64,000 nt of DNA from an uncultured Verrucomicrobiae bacterium (GTDB taxonomy: Bacteria; Verrucomicrobiota; Verrucomicrobiia; Chthoniobacterales; JAFAMB01), in the NCBI GenBank assembly GCA_963804425.1, contig CAWDQF010000007.1, positions 74,438-138,437 on the forward strand, written 5' to 3'. Below are positions 29,272-37,761 of this stretch, in pieces. Position 1 is the first letter of the stretch, and the number at the start of each line of letters is the position of its first letter. A program made the translations under genes and the position numbers. Below the pieces are notes generated by a model. The model was not told where the DNA came from and made no database searches. It saw only the letters and a list, made by a program, of their open reading frames with translations.

Positions 29272-29766
29272 TCACCGAACCACGCCAGTTTCGACTCGAC
29301 GATTCTTGGCCCAAGCCGTCTCGTTGTGGCCAGGGTCTGCCGGCATTTCGAGTCCAAAGCTAACGGTTTGGATTCGGCTGCTTGAAACCCCCAGCGAAAT
29401 CAAATAATCACGAGCTGCTTGGGCGCGTCGTTCACCTAAGCCGCGATTGTACTCCTCGGTCCCACGTTCATCGGTAAATCCAGCTAAGATCACATTGTTC
29501 GAAGCCCCTTTCATAAAGTCGGCGATCTGGCGGAGCTTTCCAGCTTCGGACGGCTGTATCTCAAAGCTATCGAAGGCGAAATAGACAGGCTGGAATTGGC
29601 CCCGGTTGACGTTGTTGCCGAAAAAGGAAACGCCTTCTTGCCGCTGAGAGAGCGGCGTTCCGTTCACGGTATCGCCCTCGACCCCGGCGTATTCCTGTTG
29701 TTGTTTTTTTTGGCAGCCGCAGAGACCGATTATGAGTACGCAACCAAAGAAGAAGATCTTTTTCAT
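29272..29766 (-). CDS. pal: Peptidoglycan-associated lipoprotein (OmpA-like domain)
   Basis: Lipobox IIGLCGC, and the OmpA_C region VYFAFDSFEI...LAGFTDERGTEEYNRGLGERRA. It lies downstream of tolB. Confidence 0.88.
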   Translation of the reverse strand: MKKIFFFGCVLIIGLCGCQKKQQQEYAGVEGDTVNGTPLSQRQEGVSFFGNNVNRGQFQPVYFAFDSFEIQPSEAGKLRQIADFMKGASNNVILAGFTDERGTEEYNRGLGERRAQAARDYLISLGVSSSRIQTVSFGLEMPADPGHNETAWAKNRRVETGVVR

Positions 29767-29835
29767 GAGGTGGATGGAGACGGGTGAGGAGGCTCTTGGA
29801 AAAGGCCGCCGGTTCCAGGTATTGACAACAGCCTC

Positions 29836-29978
29836 CTGAGGTTTTGGATTTTGAGTATGACGTGGGTGAGGAAAGAGACATTAAATGGCTCACGCACCTG
29901 CTCAGATAACCGCATAAGCAGGTGCCATGTCGACCCTCCAGTCCAACTAAGTCGATCACTCAAAATCCAAAACCTGAG
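29836..29978. repeat. Long inverted-repeat structured element in the tolB-pal spacer
   Basis: AGGTTTTGGATTTTGAGT (29839-29856) is perfectly complementary to ACTCAAAATCCAAAACCT (29958-29975), with 2 further pairs beyond one mismatch. An inner 9-bp hairpin GCACCTGCT/AGCAGGTGC lies at 29894-29925. Confidence 0.6.
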
Positions 29979-30114
29979 CAGCCCGACTACGTACGAGGCT
30001 TCGTCGCCACCATACGCTACGCTCCGAACATCCTCAAAACTAGGGCGCGCGGAAGCTTGCGAAGGTAGCCCGTTTCCAGTCATCCTCATGTCTCAAACGT
30101 ATTTCAACGGGCTG

Positions 30115-31257
30115 CTAACGAGCCCAAGTCGGCTCCGAAACTCTGCCGAGATCGCCCACGATCCGAGCTTCACGCCCGGCCACACTATCAATCATAAAAA
30201 GGCCGCTTCCTCTAGCAAATAGCACGTGGCGGGAGTCTGGACCCCAGACCGGCCTCTCACCGTCATTTGCAATGACGTGACTCGAGCCGCCATCAAGATC
30301 GAGCACGGCCACTTGGAAAGTCCCACCGCTTCTGACGTTGAAAGTGATTTTCTTTCCATCGGGCGACCAGTTTGGCTCAGTACAGTAGCCGAACCCCGTT
30401 GACAGTAGCCGGCTCGATCCGCCGTCAACTGACATCCGATAGAGTTGGGGTCCGCCCCGTTCGTCGGAAGAATAAACAATTTCAGCCCCGTTTGGTGCCC
30501 AACTCGGTGATGATTCCACGGCGCGCACGCGAGTCAAACGGTGCGGAGAATCGCCGTTGATGTTCGTGACATAAATCTCCGGGTTGCCGTCTTTACTCAT
30601 CGTGCAGGCGATGCGATTGCCTTGGGGCGAGATGGCCGGCCCTGAGTTGGTGCCAGGATATTTGATGATGCGATTTCGCGCGCCGGACGTCAAATCAACG
30701 AGATAGATGTCGGCGTAGCCGCTTTGATAACCGGTGTAGGCTAACTTGCGCCCGTCGGCTGAAAGATTGGGGTTGACGCTTATCGCGTTGTCTCTGGTCA
30801 ACTGGACGACATTCGCGCCGTCGTAGTCCGCCGTATAAATCTCTTTGTGTCCGCTACGGTTAGACACAAACGCGATTTTCGAGGTCGCGATTCCTTTTTG
30901 CCCAGTCAAGGTTTCAACGAGGTCATCAACAAATTGGTGGACGGCTCGGCGGGAATCTCCTCCATAGTTCTTTTGCAGAACGATGCTTCCCGTTTTATCC
31001 ACGGCCTGTCCGCTCACGCCGTTAGCCGAGGCGGCCACACTCACGACCACGGTGGCTGAAGCACTGTCGCCCAGCGTCAATACACCCGAAAGTTCGATAT
31101 CGTTCTTCAAGACCGCTCCAGCCGGACCGGAAGCGTCTTTGATGGCGACGATTACAGCCGTTCCTTTGCGGATCGTGATAACAGGAGAGCCCGAGTTCTG
31201 CGCTAGGACCACACCACTAAGCAGGAGATAACCTAGAAAAAGCACAAACGGTTTCAT
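30115..31257 (-). CDS. tolB: Tol-Pal system beta-propeller protein TolB
   Basis: Signal peptide, then repeated propeller blades (KIAFVSNRSGHKEIY, LAYTGYQSGYADIY, IACTMSKDGNPEIY, IVYSSDERGGPQLY). Confidence 0.88.
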   Translation of the reverse strand: MKPFVLFLGYLLLSGVVLAQNSGSPVITIRKGTAVIVAIKDASGPAGAVLKNDIELSGVLTLGDSASATVVVSVAASANGVSGQAVDKTGSIVLQKNYGGDSRRAVHQFVDDLVETLTGQKGIATSKIAFVSNRSGHKEIYTADYDGANVVQLTRDNAISVNPNLSADGRKLAYTGYQSGYADIYLVDLTSGARNRIIKYPGTNSGPAISPQGNRIACTMSKDGNPEIYVTNINGDSPHRLTRVRAVESSPSWAPNGAEIVYSSDERGGPQLYRMSVDGGSSRLLSTGFGYCTEPNWSPDGKKITFNVRSGGTFQVAVLDLDGGSSHVIANDGERPVWGPDSRHVLFARGSGLFMIDSVAGREARIVGDLGRVSEPTWAR

Positions 31258-31409
31258 TCTGAAGCACGAATTCTGGCCCTATTACCGCGGCAATGCGACA
31301 AGTCAAACTTTGATCGCGGCGTTCTCGTTCGACAAACCCGCAGTTGTTCGGCCGCACAAACTGCCGACTTTACATTTACCAGAACGACTCGATAGGTTTC
31401 CAGGCGTCC

Positions 31410-32375
31410 ATGGTCCCGCGCGTTCGCACCGCTTTCGTGCTTGGAGCAGGGTTGGGTACCCGGCTTCGACCGCTTACCAATGTCGTTCCGAAACCGTTGC
31501 TACCGATCTTCGGAAAACGCTTAATCACTTTTGCTTTAGATCACTTGATCGCCTCCGGGGTGGAGCAATTCGTCATCAACACTCACCATTTACCGGAACA
31601 ATTTATCGACTTCTTTTCGAATGCCTCGTATCGCCACAAGCAAGTTGTGTTGGTTCATGAGCCAGACCTGCTCGAGACCGGAGGCGGGATTCGCAACGCT
31701 GCCAGTTTCCTCGAACAGGGACCGTTCTTAGTCTATAGCGGAGATATTCTCACCGATATAAACCTCGGGGCTTTGATCGATTCTCATTTCCATTCTGGCA
31801 GCAATGTGACATTGGCCCTACGCCATACTGGGCTAAGCACCGATCTCTCATTCGACGTTGAAACAAGTCGGGTTGTCGACGTTCGCGGACAGCTAGCTTC
31901 TGGTCTGCCGGGCAATCTGGATTTCGCCAACGTTTCCGTCTGGAATCCAGAAATGATTTGGAGGATCCCAGCGAATCGCAAAATCTCCTTTATCCCTGTC
32001 TTAGCGGACGCGATCCGAAATGGTGATCGGATAAACGGGATCGTCCTGGATGAGCAACAATGGTTCAATATCAGCTCTCGGGATGAATACCTAGGGATCC
32101 ATCGAACCGCTATCACCACTGGTTGGCGACCAAGTTACTTGACGGAGTCCGATTGGCCGACGACGATCGCCGATTCGGCGGTGGTTTCCGAGGGAGTAGA
32201 AATCGCCGGTGCCTGCTGGATCGGTCCGCAAAGCCGGATCGAACCGAGGGCATTGCTGCGGGATGTGGTGGCTTGGTCCGGTTCGACCGTTCGATCGGAC
32301 GCGCACCTCAGCGAATGCGTAGTGGCTGGCACGGAAGTAGGGCCCGGAACCTTCTGCCGGAGGGATTTCGTATGA
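31410..32375 (+). CDS. Sugar-1-phosphate nucleotidyltransferase (MurU/GCD1-like) with hexapeptide-repeat-like C-terminus
   Basis: The NTP-transferase signature GAGLGTRLRPLTNVVPKPLLP, then a C-terminal region with repeated I/V-G-x patterns. Start taken at ATG 31410. Confidence 0.75.
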   Translation: MVPRVRTAFVLGAGLGTRLRPLTNVVPKPLLPIFGKRLITFALDHLIASGVEQFVINTHHLPEQFIDFFSNASYRHKQVVLVHEPDLLETGGGIRNAASFLEQGPFLVYSGDILTDINLGALIDSHFHSGSNVTLALRHTGLSTDLSFDVETSRVVDVRGQLASGLPGNLDFANVSVWNPEMIWRIPANRKISFIPVLADAIRNGDRINGIVLDEQQWFNISSRDEYLGIHRTAITTGWRPSYLTESDWPTTIADSAVVSEGVEIAGACWIGPQSRIEPRALLRDVVAWSGSTVRSDAHLSECVVAGTEVGPGTFCRRDFV

Positions 32376-33379
32376 CGTTGAACTTACTCATAGACTACAC
32401 GCGCCAGCGATTTCCTCATTATCACGATTCGAAGTTCGATATCCGTCCTCTCGAAAAAGGAGGCTCCGATCGCAAATACTACAGAATTCGATCCAGTGCC
32501 GATTCGTCATTGATTCTCGTAAAATACCAGAAAGAAAAACTGGAGAATGTTCGATTCGTGGCGGTCGCCAATTTTTTGGACGGAATCGGTGTGAACGCGC
32601 CTTTGATTTATTTTCACGACGACGAAGAAGGCTTGATCTGGATGCAAGATCTCGGTGAGGAAGACCTCTGGCACCACCGCACCGAATCATGGCCGATCCG
32701 AAAACTCCTTTACGAGCGAACTTTGGATCAAGTGGTCACCTTACACCAAACCGATCCGGCCTTGGCTCGCATTTCCGACGGCCCACCGGATTTTGATGCT
32801 GCGCTCTATCGATGGGAGCAGGAGTACGGACTGCAAAACTGTTTTCGACGTTGCTTCCAGGTATCGGTGAACCGCATCCAAGAGCTTTTCTCACGTCCGG
32901 AACTCGTCCAACTTGGCGAAGATCTGGCGAGTTACCCGCGAGTACTCGTGCATCGGGATTTACAATCGCAGAATATTATTATCAGCGACGACGAGGCGTT
33001 TTTGATTGATTTCCAGGGAATGCGACCCGGGCTGGGCGAGTATGACCTGGCTTCTTTGCTTTACGACCCCTACGTCAGTCTTACTGACGCCGAGCGGGAG
33101 GAATTGCTCAGTTATTATCTCGAACGGCTAGATCCTTCGGTCGATCGTGCTAGGTTTCGGGACATCTTCCTGCGCTGCGCGATTCAGCGTCTGCTGCAAG
33201 CGTTGGGGGCGTATGGCGTGATAGGATTGTTGCGCGGCAAACCCGAGTTTCTCCGTCACATCTCGCCCGCAATTAAAAGCCTTCGGCAGGTTGCTTCGAC
33301 GCTTCCTTCCTTTAAGTTCTTTACGGACTTCTTAGACGAACTCCCAGACAAAATTCGACCTGTTCTTCCCGAATCGTGA
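32372..33379 (+). CDS. APH-fold anomeric sugar kinase, AmgK-like
   Basis: LEKGGSDRKYYRI, the catalytic LVHRDLQSQNIII, and FLIDFQGMRPGLGEYDLASLLYDPY. ATGA overlap with the upstream nucleotidyltransferase. Confidence 0.7.
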   Translation: MTLNLLIDYTRQRFPHYHDSKFDIRPLEKGGSDRKYYRIRSSADSSLILVKYQKEKLENVRFVAVANFLDGIGVNAPLIYFHDDEEGLIWMQDLGEEDLWHHRTESWPIRKLLYERTLDQVVTLHQTDPALARISDGPPDFDAALYRWEQEYGLQNCFRRCFQVSVNRIQELFSRPELVQLGEDLASYPRVLVHRDLQSQNIIISDDEAFLIDFQGMRPGLGEYDLASLLYDPYVSLTDAEREELLSYYLERLDPSVDRARFRDIFLRCAIQRLLQALGAYGVIGLLRGKPEFLRHISPAIKSLRQVASTLPSFKFFTDFLDELPDKIRPVLPES

Positions 33380-35361
33380 ATAAACTAGAAGAATCCATGG
33401 AACGGCTTTCGATCGTGATCATCGAAGCAATTGAACCTTGCATTGATGCTGGACGCTATCCAGTAAAGCGCGTAGTCGGGCAAGACCTCCGCGTCTCTGC
33501 GGACGTTTTCAAGGATGGGCACGATATAATTGCGGCGGTTTTGAAATGGCGGGTCGCTGGCGGCGCGCTTTGGCTGGAGACGCCGATGATTCAAGGTGAA
33601 AACGATCGTTGGTCCGCGGTTTGCCACTTCACTAAAAACGCCAACTACGAATTCACCATTGAAGCGTGGGGCGACGAATTCAATTCCTGGGCCCAAGAGT
33701 TCCAGAAGAAGTTCGCAGCCGGAATCACGGATTTAACAACGGAGATTGAAGAAGGCGCGATTCTGCTCGAGCGTGCCGCCTCGCGGGCAAAACCCAAATC
33801 CGATCAGGAGCGGTTTACTGCATTCGCGGCGGAGCTTCGTGGCAGTACGCCGGATAAAGGAGCGGAGATAGCGAAGACTCCTGAGTTAATAGGCCTGATG
33901 TCCGCCTATCCGGATCGTTCGCTTTCGACGGAAGCCAAACCCTACGTGCAAGTCGTAGTTGATCGACCGGAAGCACTGTTTGCCGCGTGGTACGAGTTTT
34001 TTCCGAGGTCAGCCGAAGGGAAAGACCGGGGATCGAAGTTCCGTGACTGTCTCCCTCGCGTGGATGACGCCAAAGCAATGGGATTCGACGTGATCTATTT
34101 TCCTCCGATTCATCCCATCGGCTTTACTAAGCGGAAAGGTAAGAACAACTCGGTGAATTCCGAGCCAGGCGATCCCGGTGTGCCTTACGCGATCGGCAGT
34201 AAGTTTGGTGGGCACACGGCGGTGGAGCCGGAGCTCGGCACGCTGGATGATTTCGATTGGCTGGTTAAACAGATTAAAGCTCGTGGGATGGAAGTCGCGC
34301 TCGACTTCGCCATCAATTGTTCGCCCGATCATCCCTACGTTCGCGAACACCCGGAGTGGTTTTTCCATCGGCCAGACGGCACAATCAAGTATGCCGAGAA
34401 TCCTCCTAAGAAATACGAGGATGTTTATCCGCTCAATTTCCACAACGAAAATTGGAGAGAACTATGGGAAGAGATGAAGCGCGTGATTCTTTTTTGGGCA
34501 GGCCACAACGTCCGGATTTTTCGGGTCGATAATCCGCACACCAAACCGCTGGCGTTTTGGGAGTGGCTCATTGCCGAAGTGTGCGCGCAGTATCCGGACG
34601 TAATCTTTTTATCTGAGGCTTTCACTCGGCCCAAAATGATGAAGGCACTGGCCAAGGCCGGCTTTACCCAATCGTACACCTATTTCACCTGGCGCAATAC
34701 GAAGGCAGAACTCACCGAGTATCTCACCGAGCTCTGCCTAACGGAAATGAAGTATTACTTCCGCGGCAATTTTTTTACCAATACGCCGGATATTCTTCCC
34801 TTTTTTCTCCAGACCGGCGGGCGTCCGGCTTTTTTGATCCGCGGTTTTTTGGCGAGCACGCTCTCGACGTTGTACGGCATTTATAGCGGTTTTGAGCTTT
34901 GCGAGAACGTCGCCATCCCGGATCGCGAGGAATACCTGAATTCCGAAAAATACCAATTTAAGGAGAGAGATTGGGACGCGCCAGGCAACATCAAGGAATA
35001 CCTGACAAAACTGAACCGCATCAGACACGAAAACCGGGCTCTCCATCAGTATGATAACCTCCGCTTTCATACGATCGAAAACGACCAGATTCTGTTCTAT
35101 TCCAGGGCGACCGCAGGACTGGACAATATCCTGTTGTTTGCGGTTACACTCGATCCGTTCCATTCGCAGAGCGGGGCTGCGTACGTGCCGCTGGAAGATT
35201 TTGGCCTGGGAGAGAACGAACCGTTTCAGGTGGAAGACCTTTTGACCAATGAACAGTTTGGCTGGCGAGGCCGAAGGAATTTCGTAATTCTTGATCCGCA
35301 TACTCGACCGGCCCATCTTTTCCGTATTCGCCGGGACGGTGCAGGGAAGGTTTTTGGCTAG
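33376..35361 (+). CDS. glgE: Alpha-1,4-glucan:maltose-1-phosphate maltosyltransferase
   Basis: GlgE N-domain (IDAGRYPVKRVVGQDLRVSADVFKDGHD), then GH13 motifs (GFDVIYFPPIHP, RVDNPHTKP, IFLSEAFT). The start is GTG 33376 (GTGA overlap) or ATG 33397. Confidence 0.9.
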   Translation: MNKLEESMERLSIVIIEAIEPCIDAGRYPVKRVVGQDLRVSADVFKDGHDIIAAVLKWRVAGGALWLETPMIQGENDRWSAVCHFTKNANYEFTIEAWGDEFNSWAQEFQKKFAAGITDLTTEIEEGAILLERAASRAKPKSDQERFTAFAAELRGSTPDKGAEIAKTPELIGLMSAYPDRSLSTEAKPYVQVVVDRPEALFAAWYEFFPRSAEGKDRGSKFRDCLPRVDDAKAMGFDVIYFPPIHPIGFTKRKGKNNSVNSEPGDPGVPYAIGSKFGGHTAVEPELGTLDDFDWLVKQIKARGMEVALDFAINCSPDHPYVREHPEWFFHRPDGTIKYAENPPKKYEDVYPLNFHNENWRELWEEMKRVILFWAGHNVRIFRVDNPHTKPLAFWEWLIAEVCAQYPDVIFLSEAFTRPKMMKALAKAGFTQSYTYFTWRNTKAELTEYLTELCLTEMKYYFRGNFFTNTPDILPFFLQTGGRPAFLIRGFLASTLSTLYGIYSGFELCENVAIPDREEYLNSEKYQFKERDWDAPGNIKEYLTKLNRIRHENRALHQYDNLRFHTIENDQILFYSRATAGLDNILLFAVTLDPFHSQSGAAYVPLEDFGLGENEPFQVEDLLTNEQFGWRGRRNFVILDPHTRPAHLFRIRRDGAGKVFG

Positions 35362-35408
35362 CAGCCTGTCCGTGAAATAGCATGTTATTCCGGAGATAAA
35401 GAACTATC

Positions 35409-35432
35409 GGCTCGGCGGGAGCTCGCCCTACC
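35409..35432. repeat. REP-like short intergenic motif, copy 3, reverse orientation (GGCTCGGCGGGAGCTCGCCCTACC)
   Basis: Its reverse complement GGTAGGGCGAGCTCCCGCCGAGCC closely matches the copy at 9157-9181. It lies between glgE and the ankyrin gene. Confidence 0.35.
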
Positions 35433-35508
35433 ACCCTTGATCGCTCGGATTGTTCTTTGCACAAAGGGACTCGCGCTCCGAACCGGGATGAATAATATAG
35501 CTCGGCAC

Positions 35509-36933
35509 ATGCGAAAAGCCGTCTGGTTTATCTTCGGGGCGTTGCTCGCGCTCGCTTTTTTTGGTTGTAGCAAAACCAAAGAAGAAGCGCTGAAAGAGTT
35601 GACCGGCATGAACCTGCAATTCACCGCGGACGATTTCGTCCGATCCGCGGCCGAAGATGACGAAAAGGCCCTGGCTCTTTTCTTTGCTGGCGGATTTAAT
35701 GTGAACACGCTGAATACGGCCGGAAAGACGGCCTTAATGGTCGCGTGCGAACGGGGCAAAGTGGGCCTGGTCAAGCAGCTTCTTGACCGCAAGGCCGATC
35801 CCAATGTAGCCGGTCGCGATGGTATAACCGCGTTGATCTTGGCGGCCCAAAACGATCAGCCAGACATCGTTAAACTCCTGCTCGAGAACCGGGCTAATCC
35901 CGACCTGGAAGATAACAACGGTTGGACTGCCCTAAAGACTGCGGCTTATCATGGAAGCGCAAGATGCGTGCAGATCTTGGCCAACCGGTCGAAGACAGAT
36001 TTGAGTCGCGGCCTTCTCTTTGCCGCATTGTCCGAACATAAAGACGTGGTGAAGATCTTGCTGGATTACGGCGCCGAAGTGGATAGCCGGTCGCCCGATG
36101 GCCGTACCCCTCTGATGCTGGCAGCCAGTAAGGGAAATAAAGAAATTGTAAATATGTTATTGCAGGCTGGAGCCGATCCGTTGCTCACCGACCAAGGCGG
36201 AGCGACTGCCGAGTCGACCGCCGCGGCCAAAGGCTTTCGCGAAATAGCCGAATTGCTTCGCAGTCATGCCGGATCGAAACCAGCCGGTACTCCAGCCATT
36301 GTTTCGGGTTCTCCGTCGCCGTCTGCATCTCCCGTTGCTTCTCCATCAGCCTCTTCGCCAAATACTGCGATCTCGGACGCCGACATACTCAAGCAACCGA
36401 ATCCATCGGCTTCTGCCACCGGATCACCGAATCCCAGCCTCGATCAGAACCCCTCCAGCGGGCTCGCGAGCAAGATTACGGTATTGGAGGTTCAGGAAGC
36501 ATTTCTCCCTGTTACATTGGAAGAGGTGCAAAGCAAGAAAGCGACGCTACGCGGTTCAGACGGGTCTGAATATATCGTTGGGATTGGTGATCAGCTGAAG
36601 GGATTAGCATACAAGGTCATCGATATTGAGAGTCGGGAGGTTAACGATAAAGACGGCAACGCGGTTGACGCCTCCGTCGTAAAGCTCCGGCATATCCGCA
36701 CCGGCCAGACCATATCTTTGATCAAAGGAGTTCCGGCTCGGGAACATGGAGCTTACGCGGTTCTCTCCTTCACCAGTAGCGGAGCAACGATGAAGGTGGA
36801 GCTCGACCGTGATTTCACTCTGCCGGACGATCCGAACCATACCTATCGAGTATTGGATATCCGCCCGACTCAAGTCGTCGTAAAGCGGCTGGACGATAAT
36901 GAAGTCTGGACGCTCCAAAAGAATGTCCGATAA
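35509..36933 (+). CDS. Ankyrin-repeat lipoprotein with Ser/Pro linker and C-terminal beta-rich region
   Basis: MRKAVWFIFGALLALAFFGC carries a lipobox. About 6 ANK repeats follow (GKTALMVACERGKVGLVKQLL, GITALILAAQNDQPDIVKLLL, GRTPLMLAASKGNKEIVNMLL and others), then an SPSPSASPVASPSASS linker. Confidence 0.85.
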   Translation: MRKAVWFIFGALLALAFFGCSKTKEEALKELTGMNLQFTADDFVRSAAEDDEKALALFFAGGFNVNTLNTAGKTALMVACERGKVGLVKQLLDRKADPNVAGRDGITALILAAQNDQPDIVKLLLENRANPDLEDNNGWTALKTAAYHGSARCVQILANRSKTDLSRGLLFAALSEHKDVVKILLDYGAEVDSRSPDGRTPLMLAASKGNKEIVNMLLQAGADPLLTDQGGATAESTAAAKGFREIAELLRSHAGSKPAGTPAIVSGSPSPSASPVASPSASSPNTAISDADILKQPNPSASATGSPNPSLDQNPSSGLASKITVLEVQEAFLPVTLEEVQSKKATLRGSDGSEYIVGIGDQLKGLAYKVIDIESREVNDKDGNAVDASVVKLRHIRTGQTISLIKGVPAREHGAYAVLSFTSSGATMKVELDRDFTLPDDPNHTYRVLDIRPTQVVVKRLDDNEVWTLQKNVR

Positions 36934-36940
36934 GAGTAAT

Positions 36941-37756
36941 ATGAAAATTCCATTGGAGGATTTTTTTCCTGATATCATCGGTAAGGCGCAACGCGGACTT
37001 CATCTGGACGACACTGCGCTGGCGCGAGGTTCTCGACTACAACGCGCCCAGATCGAGCGATTAAAGGCCGGGTCCGGTGATCGAAACGAGATCGTGGCGC
37101 TGGCCACCGCGCTGGACTTGGCCCCCGGCGCTTTGTTGGAGTCGTTCGAGAATAGCTGGGAACCGGCAGAGATCACGTTGGAAGGGTTGGCTCAATTTAA
37201 TACTGACCTTTTGGGAATGACGGTGAATGTCTACTTGGTTTGGGATCCTTCCTCTCGAGAAGCCGCGATCTTCGATGCTGGCGTCGATGCTGACCAGTTG
37301 TTTAAGCGCATTCGAGCCGAGAACCTGAAGGTGAAAGCTATTTTCATTACGCACACGCACCAGGATCATGTGGCCGGCCTGGCCGAGATCGTCTCGCTGT
37401 GCAAGGCGCCCGTTTTCGCTCCGGAAACTGAACCGGTCGGTCACTCCCAGCGGGTGCACGAAGGATTCAGGTACAAATTAGGATCGCTGGAAATCGAAGC
37501 CAAACTCACCAATGGGCATTCGCCTGGGGGCACTTCTTATCTCGTGCTTGGTCTCGCTAAGCCCGTGGTCGTGGTCGGCGATTCGATTTTCGCCGGCTCA
37601 ATGGGTGGGGCACCCAACGCGTATGAACAAGCTAGGAAAAACAATCGAGAGAAAATTTTGTCCTTACTACCGGAAACCATTATTTGTCCGGGTCACGGCC
37701 CTATGACTACGGTGGCCAACGAAAGGGCGCACAATCCCTTTCTGGCGGATCGATAA
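36941..37756 (+). CDS. MBL-fold metallo-hydrolase (glyoxalase II-like) with N-terminal extra region
   Basis: IFITHTHQDHVAG is the HxHxDH motif, with later GHSPG and PGHG. The start is ambiguous (36899, 36923 or 36941). Confidence 0.8.
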   Translation: MKIPLEDFFPDIIGKAQRGLHLDDTALARGSRLQRAQIERLKAGSGDRNEIVALATALDLAPGALLESFENSWEPAEITLEGLAQFNTDLLGMTVNVYLVWDPSSREAAIFDAGVDADQLFKRIRAENLKVKAIFITHTHQDHVAGLAEIVSLCKAPVFAPETEPVGHSQRVHEGFRYKLGSLEIEAKLTNGHSPGGTSYLVLGLAKPVVVVGDSIFAGSMGGAPNAYEQARKNNREKILSLLPETIICPGHGPMTTVANERAHNPFLADR

Positions 37757-37761
37757 CCGCA

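Noticed and set aside
29763-30089. 108-aa minus-strand ORF filling the tolB-pal spacer.
   Set aside because: It reads straight through both arms of the 18-bp inverted repeat, giving mirrored peptide fragments. It has no recognisable features or plausible start context, so I treat the region as non-coding structured DNA/RNA.
32123-32371. Upstream extension of the AmgK-like ORF (ORF-track start 32123), and similarly the extensions 31344-31409, 19668-19868 and 12981-13094.
   Set aside because: The extensions overlap the preceding or opposite gene and lack conserved sequence. Internal starts give canonical N-termini or ATGA coupling.
32372-33379. The idea that the APH-fold kinase next to glgE is simply the maltokinase Mak/Pep2.
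   Set aside because: Its length (~336 aa versus ~450 aa as I recall for Mak) and its motifs (HRDLQSQN, IDFQG, YDLASLLYD) look closer to AmgK. I keep this as an open question in the findings rather than as an annotation.
34738-35316. 192-aa ORF antisense to glgE. Likewise 42655-43215 (cimA), 50497-51054 (M42), 56815-57435 and 58858-59619 (treZ/glgX) and 63400-63897 (parB).
   Set aside because: Same reasoning: these are shadow ORFs opposite well-supported genes.
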